Below the pieces are notes generated by a model, which saw nothing but the letters and a program-made list of their open reading frames with translations, was not told where the DNA came from and did no database searches. Position numbers and translations under genes: made by a program. From the IMG/VR virus record IMGVR_UViG_3300024239_000011, positions 1 through 64,000 of that record: DNA of 64,000 nucleotides; one strand, 5' to 3'. This document shows, one piece after another, positions 9,256 through 18,876 of the stretch (positions are counted from its first letter, which is position 1; each line of letters begins with the position of its first letter).

Positions 9256-10350
9256 TTGAGGTGTGTGGTGGCTTTATTCAATGTGATCCCCGCAGGAGAA
9301 AAGGCGTTGGTGACGAGTTCCGGGGGTGTTCGGACGGTCGTCACTGGACCGAAGCGTGTGTGGCGCGGGTCCAATGTACAAATGTTCCGGCGTGAAGTGA
9401 TTCCTCAGAATTCTCGCGGTACCCTTGTGGATGAGAATGGAAAATTCTCATCAGTACAGGGTCCGTCTGTCGTTCATATTCACCCGGATGGACATTTCAT
9501 CCCGGATTTGATGCGCAATCTGGCGTCCCACGAAGCCATGGTGGTTATTGACCGGAACGGTAAGTATCGTATTGAAACCGGCGATAAAACCCCGACCGTG
9601 TGGGTTACTATGGAAGAGCAGATTCACGAGTTTAAGTGGACTGGATCGCGCGGTGATACTGAGGTGAAAACCCCCGGTGCATTGCGTATCAATTGTCTGC
9701 GAATGCAAGACACTCAGACCTACGTCGAATATCAGGTTCGCACCAAAGACAACATCGTGGCAGCGATCAATCTGATGATTTCGTTCAAATTTGTGGACAT
9801 CGAAAAGTTGCTTGCAAATGACGATCCCATGGGCGCGATGTACAACCGCATCCTGGCGGACATCACCAAGCACGTGGCGACTCTTTCCTTCGATGATTTC
9901 AAGGAAGACACCGAGGCGAAAGTTACCGGGATCGATCTGTTCACAGATACCGGTCGCAAATGGTTCGACAATCTCGGTATTTCGCTTGAGACGGTGGTTC
10001 TACGGGCATGGCGTCCGCTCGACGTGAACGTGCAGCGCATTCTTGAGCAGGCGGCGACTGCTAATGCCCAGAAGGCAGTGGACGCGGCGAATCACGAACG
10101 CAAGATGACTCAGCTTCAGAACGAGGATGCCATCCTTGATCGTGAAGCGTCGCTGGATGCTAAACGCCGTGAAGCTGCCGTTGCACGCGGGCAGGCGTCT
10201 GGTGCGGAGTTGGTCGCCATGTTCGATGCGCTGACGTTAGCGCCATCCAAAATCTCAATGGAAACGGGTGAACGCTTGCTCGCACTTACGCTGGCATCCA
10301 AAGCGGAAACTCTGTGTTTGCCGCCGGAAATGCTGGGGAAGACCCGATGA
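9256..10350 (+). CDS. major vault protein-like / SPFH shoulder domain protein
   Basis: Three ~40-aa repeats (VIP..D.NG....GP), SPFH-like VRTKDN...L segment, C-terminal coiled coil. Confidence 0.6.
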   Translation: MRCVVALFNVIPAGEKALVTSSGGVRTVVTGPKRVWRGSNVQMFRREVIPQNSRGTLVDENGKFSSVQGPSVVHIHPDGHFIPDLMRNLASHEAMVVIDRNGKYRIETGDKTPTVWVTMEEQIHEFKWTGSRGDTEVKTPGALRINCLRMQDTQTYVEYQVRTKDNIVAAINLMISFKFVDIEKLLANDDPMGAMYNRILADITKHVATLSFDDFKEDTEAKVTGIDLFTDTGRKWFDNLGISLETVVLRAWRPLDVNVQRILEQAATANAQKAVDAANHERKMTQLQNEDAILDREASLDAKRREAAVARGQASGAELVAMFDALTLAPSKISMETGERLLALTLASKAETLCLPPEMLGKTR

Positions 10351-10835
10351 GCGAATCTTCCCTTTTTCTCGTCTACAAAAATATGTCCCGTGGGTACGAA
10401 GAGTATCGTAACGGGCATGGCACGGGTCCGATGATCTGGGGGCATTTGGAGCAGCTTTATGGTCTCCCTCGGTGGGTGAGCGATAACAAGAAGCTCTGGG
10501 CGTTGGCGCGTGATCCAAAAGTTCCCGTGCATCTTCGGCTCTGCCATGCCTTCACCTTTGACCGGGCAGTTACGCCTGTTCACAATCTTCTTGAAATGGC
10601 GGAAGCTTTGGAGCTTGCGCATGAAGATATTGTCAAGGGTCGGGAGAATGGGTGGTCGCATTTCGCAGACATCGCCAACGATTTGCGGGCAATCCACAAG
10701 AAGCATAACCGCTATCTTGTTGGGTTGGCACTCAATTGCACATCGGTCGCTGACGTATGGACATACCGTATGAAAGCGAAAGATGGGTGGAACTGCTACA
10801 AATACGCCACCGACTTGACCACAGAAGAAGAATAA
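10347..10835 (+). CDS. hypothetical protein
   Basis: ATGA overlap with the previous stop. Confidence 0.7.
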   Translation: MSESSLFLVYKNMSRGYEEYRNGHGTGPMIWGHLEQLYGLPRWVSDNKKLWALARDPKVPVHLRLCHAFTFDRAVTPVHNLLEMAEALELAHEDIVKGRENGWSHFADIANDLRAIHKKHNRYLVGLALNCTSVADVWTYRMKAKDGWNCYKYATDLTTEEE

Positions 10836-10890
10836 AACGACGAAGGGGAGGCGTGATTGCCTCCCCTTCTGTCTCACGATGAACCGTTAT

Positions 10891-11271
10891 TTACGCGCAC
10901 AGCATTGCGGGCGTCAAGAACTTTTTGTCCGCCCACTTCCCGTAATAAAGCGTCAATTCTTCCCCGGCGGCAATGTCCCGCAATGCTGTGAACTTCATAT
11001 GCCGTTCACTGGTGTTGTTCGATGCCACCATATTCGGTGAAGACGCATGGTTCATAAAACTTCCCACCGCGACCGTGCAGTAGATTTTCTGTTTTGTTCG
11101 CGGGTCTATAGCCCATGGGAACGTGTACGGCTTCAGCGAATTCGGAACCGAATCCCATGAATAGAGGACAACCGGGAACGAATATTCCGACCCGGTTTTG
11201 ATACCTACCTCGGTGAAGACGCCACGTCCATGAATCGGGCTGGGACGAATATCGTAGATCAGGATACCCAT
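10891..11271 (-). CDS. SET-domain lysine methyltransferase-like protein
   Basis: SPIHGRGVF, FMNHASSPN, ALRDIAAGEELTLYYG. Confidence 0.85.
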   Translation of the reverse strand: MGILIYDIRPSPIHGRGVFTEVGIKTGSEYSFPVVLYSWDSVPNSLKPYTFPWAIDPRTKQKIYCTVAVGSFMNHASSPNMVASNNTSERHMKFTALRDIAAGEELTLYYGKWADKKFLTPAMLCA

Positions 11272-11819
11272 GGCATTGGCATCATCGGCAGTAATTGCGA
11301 CGCCGGTAACAAGTATGCCCCTGCAAACGGACCTTCAGTCTTCGGTTCCCGAGGAAGCATTTCATCGGTTGCCCAGCCGCAGATGTGCGCTTTGATGGTC
11401 GGCGTAAGAGTTTCCACCATGACCAATACATAAACACATCCAGTGTGCCGCTCGTGTGGACGCACGAGCAGTTTATAGTCCAGGGGATCGGGAGACGCCC
11501 GCATCAGGCTGGTTTTTACGTCGATGCGACACCGGGGGATGTCGAAACCACCATCCCCTTTGGTCGGATAAAGGTTTGCATAGAACCGACTGACTTTGTA
11601 CGGTTCTATAGTCCCAAACTGGTGCTTACAGAACACCAAAGGACCAATCTGTCCAATTAACTGATCTTCCGACAATCGTTCCGCACGATCATCCGCATCG
11701 CGATGTATCCGTGATACCCCACCAATTTCTGCCGCCTTCGCATTTTCCCGAACCAACGCCTCTTCGTCAGGCGTCAACATGTAGGTAAGTGCGGGCTGGT
11801 CTTTGACCATTCTGACCAT
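11259..11819 (-). CDS. PD-(D/E)XK nuclease-like protein
   Basis: LIGQIG...GDGGFDI...IDVKTS; start moved to 11819 (GGAGG RBS). Confidence 0.5.
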   Translation of the reverse strand: MVRMVKDQPALTYMLTPDEEALVRENAKAAEIGGVSRIHRDADDRAERLSEDQLIGQIGPLVFCKHQFGTIEPYKVSRFYANLYPTKGDGGFDIPRCRIDVKTSLMRASPDPLDYKLLVRPHERHTGCVYVLVMVETLTPTIKAHICGWATDEMLPREPKTEGPFAGAYLLPASQLLPMMPMPWVS

Positions 11820-11937
11820 TACTACCCTCCGAATTGGGCAGTTTATGTATGTTATTAGTTGATTGTCAATTTCCAAACTAATGTTATTCGGTTGACTTCC
11901 CGCTATAAATATAGGATCGTTTTTAGGAGGTATTGTT

Positions 11938-12598
11938 ATGGGTATTTCATTTTCAGGTGGAGTGATTCCTGTAGGGACTTTCAAAATCCATACCAATATT
12001 TCACCAGTATGGGTGACCGCAGCGGGTAGTTTGGGTAATGCTCATACTGGACAGAATTATGTCTTCAATTTTGAAGCTATCGATCCGGATAATGGACCAG
12101 TTACCAATCATTTTCGACATCCAAGGGCATGCCGGTGGTGAATGTGCAGCAATTAATGAAATTCAATTGTTTGATAGTACCGGGCAGGTTACTTTCACGA
12201 CTACATCAACCGATGTTTGGGATAGCGCAACTGGTAATATTCCATATTACTGGAATAATACCGGTTTGTGGGATCGTACCCGGTTAAATGATGGGTACAC
12301 GATTTATGATGGGTATACGGCGACAGCGTTCTTATATAATACCGCCGCAAATAATTCTTATTGGGCACGTGCATTATTGAATGTAACGGGTACTGGCGGA
12401 AAGGCTTTGTCAAAAGCCCGTGTTTGGGTGGGTGGTGGTGCCCGCATTCCATATTCCGTGAGGTTCTATGGTGTTGGAACTTACAATAAAACTGCACAAA
12501 TAAACAACCGCCAAAATACTGGATTGACTTTGTTGGGTTCAACCTCTTTTACGGTTTCCGACACATCGTTGCGTTACGCGGAAATCGTATTCCCATAA
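11938..12598 (+). pseudogene. MGISF-leader fibre/decoration gene, frameshifted near 12105
   Basis: Leader plus partial Ig repeat in one frame (stop at 12141); C-terminal beta domain (IIFDIQG...INEIQLFD) in another frame; TATAAATA at 11904-11911. Confidence 0.6.
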
Positions 12599-12634
12599 AA
12601 GTTTTGGGCGGGGAAAATCCCCGCCCAAAACCGA

Positions 12635-13114
12635 TTAAGCAGCCAACGGTTCCCAGACTGCCGAATACGAGTCGAGAATGTTGTCGCACTTGATGCCGTG
12701 GGTGTAACCCTTCTGATCATCCCAGATGCGACTCTTGGCATCGTCGGTGGGGAAACCCCACGGAAAAGCGGTCGCAAGGTCCGACATGGTGATCAGGCTG
12801 CCCTTGCGGTCGAACATGCGAGTCAGCGTGTACGCCCACATCACCGCATCGCCGGGCGAACTCATCAGGTTGCCGATAAACAGAACAACCGGCATCGATA
12901 CCTTGACACGTTCCGGCAAACGCTTGGTCATCACGGCGATAGTGAAGAATTGCATGAATTCCCGATGCTCACCATCCGGATCATAAGTAACCGGACGATT
13001 ATCCGCCATGGACGCTTGCAGGAAAACGTTCGCCTCTTCCGGCGACATCGGCGCACAATCCTTGTGCTCATCCACGTCCAGCAGAGATTTGGGGACATAA
13101 ATCATGATACGCAC
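12635..13114 (-). CDS. hypothetical protein
   Basis: 159-aa ORF followed by a terminator at about 12598-12633. Confidence 0.65.
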   Translation of the reverse strand: MRIMIYVPKSLLDVDEHKDCAPMSPEEANVFLQASMADNRPVTYDPDGEHREFMQFFTIAVMTKRLPERVKVSMPVVLFIGNLMSSPGDAVMWAYTLTRMFDRKGSLITMSDLATAFPWGFPTDDAKSRIWDDQKGYTHGIKCDNILDSYSAVWEPLAA

Positions 13115-13217
13115 CTGTTATTGTGATAGCCCAGATCATACACCAACTTTCAAATTAAGTCCATCCCTCTTATTCATCCCCAGATATAAATATCTTCAAA
13201 CCACATGAGGCGGCAAA

Positions 13218-14441
13218 ATGGGTATATCGTTCACAGGAAGTTTGATACCAGTTGGTACTTTCAAAATTAAAACCAATATTCCCCCGGTTTGGGTAACAGC
13301 AACCGGATCACTTGGGGAGGCTAATGGCGGACACCCATTTACATTTAATTTGTCGGCAACCGATCCAGAAAACGCACCATTAACGTATTCACTGATTTCT
13401 GGAATTATACCATCCGGGTTGACAATATCAGGTTCGCAAATTATCGGCACACCAGAAAATATCCCAGGTACATATACCTTTGTTGTTCGGGTTAGTGATG
13501 GCGAGGGTAATAATGATCGTCAATTCTCACTACAGGTCACCAATCAAACACCAATTTGGACGACGGCTGGTGGCTTGCTTGGCTCAGTAGTAAGCGGGGC
13601 TACGGTAAACTACACCCTGTCCGCAACTGATCCTAATAATGATCCAATAACCTATTCAATTGTAAGTGGATCATTACCAAGCGGAATAACATTAAACTCA
13701 TCAACTGGGGTTATTTCAGGTTTAACCACTGTTCTCGGCACTTATAATTTCACCGTTCAGGCGAATGATGGTCGTGGTGGATCAGTCAATCGTGCATTTG
13801 AATTTACGGTTAATCCCAACTATCCAAATACAGCATTTCTAGTTCACCCAACTTCATTAACATTTGCAGATAGCAAAAATAGTGTGCTTCCTTCAGCATC
13901 AACCGCAACGTACACAAATGGCGGTGGGTATGAAGTTATGGGGTTTAATCTAAACAATTATATTCGATACCCTAATGCGGCTGGGTTAAACATATCCACA
14001 GGTGATTTCACAGTCGAATTATGGTTCTATCCAAGATCAACCGGTACCTATCGTAATTTAGCAGTGTGGAAAGCAGGAAGTTTGTCCCCACTTTATTTTT
14101 CATATCATTCGGGCTATGCTCGCTTATGGGGTTCGTCGGCGGGCGGATCATGGGATTTGTTTAATGCATGGGGTTCATCTTCACCATTACCGGTAAACCA
14201 ATGGCACCATGTTGCTATATCACGAAGCAGTCAATACTATGTCATGCATGTTAATGGTGTTAAAACAAATGAACTAACAACTGCATTAAATCCAATGGCA
14301 TCTAATATGGGCGTTGTTCTTGGGTCGTATCAGGACACTGCCTCTGAATTCTTTGATGGCTATATGCGAGAATTCCGCGTAACTAAAGGACAAGCACTAT
14401 ACGGTAGTGGGAATTTCACCCCAGAAACCAATCTACTTTAA
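13218..14441 (+). CDS. MGISF-leader fibre/decoration protein: 2 Ig-like (He_PIG/cadherin-like) repeats + LamG/ConA domain
   Basis: ATDPENAPLTYS..SG.LPSG repeats; GDFTVELWFY, WHHVAISR, GYMREFRVTKG; TATAAATA at 13185-13192. Confidence 0.8.
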   Translation: MGISFTGSLIPVGTFKIKTNIPPVWVTATGSLGEANGGHPFTFNLSATDPENAPLTYSLISGIIPSGLTISGSQIIGTPENIPGTYTFVVRVSDGEGNNDRQFSLQVTNQTPIWTTAGGLLGSVVSGATVNYTLSATDPNNDPITYSIVSGSLPSGITLNSSTGVISGLTTVLGTYNFTVQANDGRGGSVNRAFEFTVNPNYPNTAFLVHPTSLTFADSKNSVLPSASTATYTNGGGYEVMGFNLNNYIRYPNAAGLNISTGDFTVELWFYPRSTGTYRNLAVWKAGSLSPLYFSYHSGYARLWGSSAGGSWDLFNAWGSSSPLPVNQWHHVAISRSSQYYVMHVNGVKTNELTTALNPMASNMGVVLGSYQDTASEFFDGYMREFRVTKGQALYGSGNFTPETNLL

Positions 14442-14446
14442 AAGAA

Positions 14447-14483
14447 GAAAGAAGGGGGAGCATTTTGCTCCCCCTTCTTTTTA
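14447..14483. terminator. bidirectional intrinsic terminator
   Basis: aagaagggggagca-tttt-gctcccccttctttt between convergent genes. Confidence 0.75.
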
Positions 14484-16880
14484 TAGCCCTTTGATAGTCA
14501 TTAACGGCCAAACTCTTGCTACTTTATTTGCAATACCCGCATTTACAAGCGTATCGATAGCAGGCAATGTGGGTTTATACATAGATGGTGCTTCTTCGAG
14601 TAGTGATTTCCGGTATTCGTCCGCTATGTCACGACGGCACATACGCGGATCAATTTTTGTTACCACTCGAAGTTCATTAAATTCCTCTACATCTGCACGA
14701 CGAGCAGATTGCCGTGGTGCCATTCTACCAGCCCCATGACATGCGCTACAAAGACAATCATCCAGCCCATTCCCACGAAGGATGAAACTACTACTTCCCA
14801 TACTACCGGGAATAATGACTGGATGACCGTAGGGGAATTCCGGATCAGTTGATGGCCCCCCGGCAGGGCATGCCCCTTTTCGATGAATATGATGGTCCCC
14901 ATTAGACCAAATAAGATTGTGGGGAGCATCATATACAAGACGAGCGTCGATTTCCCGTCCAAGACATTCCGACAGCGCCCGCACTACCATCAATCCAAGG
15001 AACATACGATTTGCAAACGCAAAGTTGGCGGCATTGTTCATTGCACTGATGTAAGCTTTAGCTGGTTCGCTATCTCCTGGAAGTAGATAGAAGTCGTGTT
15101 CGTGCTTGAGAGTTTTCGGAAACCATTTTTTTGCCACATCCATGAAGTGCTTACCAATCATATGTCCAATGGACACCGAACCGGTATGCGCCATGATTGT
15201 AATTGTGTTTTGCTTCAACCCCCAGGAATTGGCAGTATAACCGTCGAAGACTTCCTCAACCCGTTGCACTTCCACAAAGTGGTTTGATCCACCGATGCTG
15301 CCGATCTGGTCATCACGGGAGAATTCAGCACCAGACCCGCGCATGAAATCATCAAGATTGAAGATTCCCTCCGTGGGCAGAGAGCCAAGCAGATGCGACC
15401 GCATCACGTCGGCTACCTGTTGATCCTGGCGCCAGAATTTCCAGATGCCTTCGTCGGCATGGCGTTCGTCAAGGAGTCCCTGAAGACCGTTACGGAAGAT
15501 GGCATTGCGCTGGCGTGCCGACAGAGGAATGTTTCGTCCACCCTCGAAGAAGATGTACCGCAGTTTGCGATCCAGAGCTTCACCAAGGCGGGCAAACTCT
15601 TCCTGGGTCACATCGGTAGCCAGGAGGCGCATTCCACAGTTGCCCGTGATGGCAATATTGCCATTACGGCGTATAACAAAGAATGAAGACGGTACTTCAA
15701 AGCAGTATTCAAAACCATCAGGCGATTGGATGATTTGTGGTACAGACTTGGGGGTGCCGTTAATACCAATCTTTGTATTGGTATGCGCGAACACACGATA
15801 GTCTGTCTGTCCATCACGATAATGGATGTCTTCACGCAATACACTGCGATAACCAACTGCCATAAAAGCATAGTTGATAAAATCCGCAGATTGTTTGTCT
15901 CGCGTGTAAAAACATCGTTCTTTGTGGTTCCCATCCCAATGAAAAATTTCATCGGTGATGATTTTAAGTTGTTCGAATGATGCGTCCCATAGTTGTGTAA
16001 GCGAACGATGAATAATAGGACTATCGATGGTGATAGCCGTTCTATCCCCGTATTGCGCTTCGTGTGTTATTGGGATTCCCGCTTTCTGTAGAAGTTCCCG
16101 AGCGCGATTAATTTTTCGTTCTTTTTTTAAATTCAGGGTGCAGCGATTCCCATACTCGTACAGTCTTCCATCTGCACAAAGCATTATAATCACACGCAAT
16201 TCGTCGTCACTCATATCCAACTTCGTATGTCGCACGAACGACGACGGAGCCGTGAGGATACGATGACGATAGCCATTTTTCAAGTTGTTGTGTTGCGTAT
16301 AGACGCTTCCTGCGGTTTCCACCCCAAACATGGAGAAATCGTAGGTCTTGGTGAAGTGATATACCAACATACGATGGTCAAAGCTTAAAGCCTGATCCAC
16401 CCCGTATTTGGTCTTAAAATGGATCAGTTTTTCGCTTTGACGTTTGATGAAACGTGTAGGAGTCACAAATTCAGCAATACCCGTGTGCGGATCGAATTGA
16501 CAGACATCCTGCCCCTGCCAGTCGGCAATGCGTACCCATCCCGTTGGGGACAAGAATTCGGTATCAGGATCAACACAGCCAATATCTGAGCCAACCGCCT
16601 TAGGAATCACGAAGCCATAGGCATCGAGAACCGTTCCGATGGGGATACCGGCACCCTTGTGGAAATCTGGCGTGAGGACGATACGATCCAAGCGCGCTTC
16701 CGACCCCAAGAAACCATGCTCGCGCAGGCTCTTGATGGTGTCCACGACGGCACTGAAACGCACGATCTCATCGACGGATTGCCCGTCAATGAAGACATCC
16801 TCGTTCGCGTATAGGGTTATATCCACACCCGCAGGGGTAGGGATATGGACCCGGTTAGGGTCCAAACGTTGAAGAGACAT
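14481..16880 (-). CDS. rtcB: RtcB family RNA ligase, intein-containing
   Basis: PDFHKG, AVGSDIG|CGMRLL, GSIGGSNHFVE, HTGS, YDAPHN, HRKGA, PGSMG, SACHGAGR, EEAP..YK; CTAAATA upstream at 16939-16945. Confidence 0.92.
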   Translation of the reverse strand: MSLQRLDPNRVHIPTPAGVDITLYANEDVFIDGQSVDEIVRFSAVVDTIKSLREHGFLGSEARLDRIVLTPDFHKGAGIPIGTVLDAYGFVIPKAVGSDIGCVDPDTEFLSPTGWVRIADWQGQDVCQFDPHTGIAEFVTPTRFIKRQSEKLIHFKTKYGVDQALSFDHRMLVYHFTKTYDFSMFGVETAGSVYTQHNNLKNGYRHRILTAPSSFVRHTKLDMSDDELRVIIMLCADGRLYEYGNRCTLNLKKERKINRARELLQKAGIPITHEAQYGDRTAITIDSPIIHRSLTQLWDASFEQLKIITDEIFHWDGNHKERCFYTRDKQSADFINYAFMAVGYRSVLREDIHYRDGQTDYRVFAHTNTKIGINGTPKSVPQIIQSPDGFEYCFEVPSSFFVIRRNGNIAITGNCGMRLLATDVTQEEFARLGEALDRKLRYIFFEGGRNIPLSARQRNAIFRNGLQGLLDERHADEGIWKFWRQDQQVADVMRSHLLGSLPTEGIFNLDDFMRGSGAEFSRDDQIGSIGGSNHFVEVQRVEEVFDGYTANSWGLKQNTITIMAHTGSVSIGHMIGKHFMDVAKKWFPKTLKHEHDFYLLPGDSEPAKAYISAMNNAANFAFANRMFLGLMVVRALSECLGREIDARLVYDAPHNLIWSNGDHHIHRKGACPAGGPSTDPEFPYGHPVIIPGSMGSSSFILRGNGLDDCLCSACHGAGRMAPRQSARRADVEEFNELRVVTKIDPRMCRRDIADEYRKSLLEEAPSMYKPTLPAIDTLVNAGIANKVARVWPLMTIKGL
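15639..16577 (-). mobile_element. intein (313 aa) with LAGLIDADG endonuclease domain
   Basis: Begins CVDPDTEFLSPTGW, ends RRNGNIAITGN before extein Cys; internal IIMLCADG and EIFHWDG blocks. Confidence 0.9.
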
Positions 16881-16967
16881 TTTCCAACCTCGTTAGTGCG
16901 TGTTCAGCAGCCGCAGTAATACGAAGTTGGATGGTCATTATTTAGCACTCGTGGTTTCGATGGTCAA

Positions 16968-17112
16968 CAAAAAAGAAAGCCACCGGCAAAACCGGTGGCT
17001 TTCTCTTGATCTAGCCAATATGGGTATCAATCCATATCGCGTCAGGAATCCGTGGGCGTCCGATCCGACCTATGGTTTGTTGTGCCCTTTGAGGTAATTA
17101 CCTCAAACCATC
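16968..17112 (-). ncRNA. candidate small RNA
   Basis: TTGACA-N17-TACGGT promoter (17119-17147), no ORF, several hairpins, ends at terminator gaaagccaccgg/ccggtggctttc + T run. Confidence 0.4.
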
Positions 17113-17157
17113 AAAATTACCGTAAGGTATTAATGCGCAAATGTCAAGCTCGGGTGG

Positions 17158-17682
17158 TCAAACCGCATCCGCCAGTTGGTTTTCGACCTCTTGCCGCAGG
17201 CTGACCTTGCGCGTCTTCCCCTTGAAGACCTTCTTCTTCTTTTTGGTCTTGGGGTAGGCGGTGATCAAGGCGCGGCGGGACATGTTGTAGATGCAATAGA
17301 ACTGCTTGCCCATGAAAGCGACATCGCATTCCACGATGGTGTCTTGGCGGCGCTTGACCACATGCACCGCCTTGTCACTGTTTTGGATCATCTGGGCAAG
17401 GACGCCCAGTTCGTTTGGACCGACAACTACATCCAGGCGTTCTTCAAGCCGTTCCGCCACATGGGGCACGGTCAGGCGCGGTGGCGGGGTCAGATCATTC
17501 AGATGAGCATTTACCACCGCCGCCAGATGCGGTTTCTCGGTGATTCGTTGATCCGGGGAAACCGCAGGGGCATTGATCACCGCCTTGCGTTCGTTCGCAA
17601 CCGCATCGGCATAGATTTCTTCGAACTGTTCGGGCGAAAGCTTGTTCCGCGCGATGTCCATGAAGCGTTGGGCGATACTCAT
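17158..17682 (-). CDS. hypothetical protein
   Basis: ORF; start moved to MSIAQRF (GGAG RBS); TTGACT-N17-TATAAC upstream. Confidence 0.7.
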   Translation of the reverse strand: MSIAQRFMDIARNKLSPEQFEEIYADAVANERKAVINAPAVSPDQRITEKPHLAAVVNAHLNDLTPPPRLTVPHVAERLEERLDVVVGPNELGVLAQMIQNSDKAVHVVKRRQDTIVECDVAFMGKQFYCIYNMSRRALITAYPKTKKKKKVFKGKTRKVSLRQEVENQLADAV

Positions 17683-17833
17683 GTGCCTCTCCTGGGTATT
17701 ACCCAATGTTATAGGCACAATACCCCGGTAGTCAACTTCAGGTCAGACGTACACTTAGTAGGCGCATGTACAGTGGTTCGCTTGGCAAAACGTAAAACCT
17801 GACACCATCAAGGCGCTCCACACCGTCGCCCGA

Positions 17834-18070
17834 GTGATATCAGGTTTGTATAAGCAAATTCTCAATAAGGGTGATCAGGACGAGATCATCCAGAAGGCGA
17901 AAGCGTTGTCCGACCGCCTGGATTACATCGACCATCCAGTTGCCAAGAAGATTCGTGACAACATCATGTTCGACCTCACCCATCCAAACATGTGGAAGTT
18001 CACTGATCCATACCACGTTGAATGGATCAAGGAATGGGTTGCCGAACAGATCGAGAAGACGAAAGCCTAG
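17834..18070 (+). CDS. hypothetical protein
   Basis: 78-aa ORF whose stop overlaps the convergent gene. Confidence 0.5.
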   Translation: MISGLYKQILNKGDQDEIIQKAKALSDRLDYIDHPVAKKIRDNIMFDLTHPNMWKFTDPYHVEWIKEWVAEQIEKTKA

Positions 18071-18504
18071 GCGAGGAAACGGCGCAGTTCGTAGGCGACG
18101 CGCTTGGTTGCCTCACACACAGTCATTTCGTCGTATTCCGGGTTTTTATTTGCCATGGTATCCCAGACGGGATTACCACACCCACGGAAGGCATCCACCA
18201 TGGTGTTGTGTAGATTGGCTTCATCGGGCTTGCGAGCTTCATAGAAAGCCCGATGAAAAGACTGGCACTGCTCGACCATTTGCGGGGTGATCGCTTCGCG
18301 CTGCGCGTACAGCGCGGGGTCGATCTTTGCCACTTCGGCAGCCATGATGCGGGCACAATCATACCGCAAGCTGTCGGTACTACCCCACAACGGAACGTGA
18401 CTGTACCGTGCATGCGCCATTGCAGTCCCCACCTGGGGTATGAAGCCATGTTCGATGTCGCGAAAGAACGCCTCCCGTCCAGCCGGGGTCGTGAAAGTAC
18501 GCAT
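18067..18504 (-). CDS. hypothetical protein
   Basis: TAATG coupling with the upstream gene. Confidence 0.7.
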   Translation of the reverse strand: MRTFTTPAGREAFFRDIEHGFIPQVGTAMAHARYSHVPLWGSTDSLRYDCARIMAAEVAKIDPALYAQREAITPQMVEQCQSFHRAFYEARKPDEANLHNTMVDAFRGCGNPVWDTMANKNPEYDEMTVCEATKRVAYELRRFLA

Positions 18505-18788
18505 TATTCAGCCTCCGTAATTACCATAAACGGGACAGCACCGCCACCAGTCACAAATTCACCGTTGATGACCGCCTGATACACTTCATCGGGGGTATTA
18601 CTATCAAAGGCTTCCGAGAACCCGCAGGCGCAGTCATTTTCGATGAACAAATCTTCCAGGGTTCCAGACCATTCCGGCGCGGCAGAGCGGTCACCATTGT
18701 CCCAGGCTTCCATCTGCTCGCTGTCCAACATGAACAGGTTCACAATAGGATTGGTGGGCAGATGGAAGCCTTTCGGGAATTCTTGCAT
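18504..18788 (-). CDS. hypothetical protein
   Basis: GGAGG RBS. Confidence 0.65.
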   Translation of the reverse strand: MQEFPKGFHLPTNPIVNLFMLDSEQMEAWDNGDRSAAPEWSGTLEDLFIENDCACGFSEAFDSNTPDEVYQAVINGEFVTGGGAVPFMVITEAE

Positions 18789-18876
18789 ATTTCCTCCACT
18801 CCCTCTCTTAGTAGAGGGTCATGCAGTATTCCAGTTTAACTATGTCGGTTGCCAATTCCGACGACGTGTGCGAATA

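Noticed and set aside
17040-17095. c-di-GMP-I riboswitch
   Set aside because: Only scattered word matches (gggca, aaacca, ggacgc); the GNRA/receptor stems cannot be built and no gene follows before the terminator.
17158-17682. RelE-like ribonuclease toxin
   Set aside because: The C-terminal FYCIYN...LITAYPK pattern is too generic, and no antitoxin-like partner is seen.
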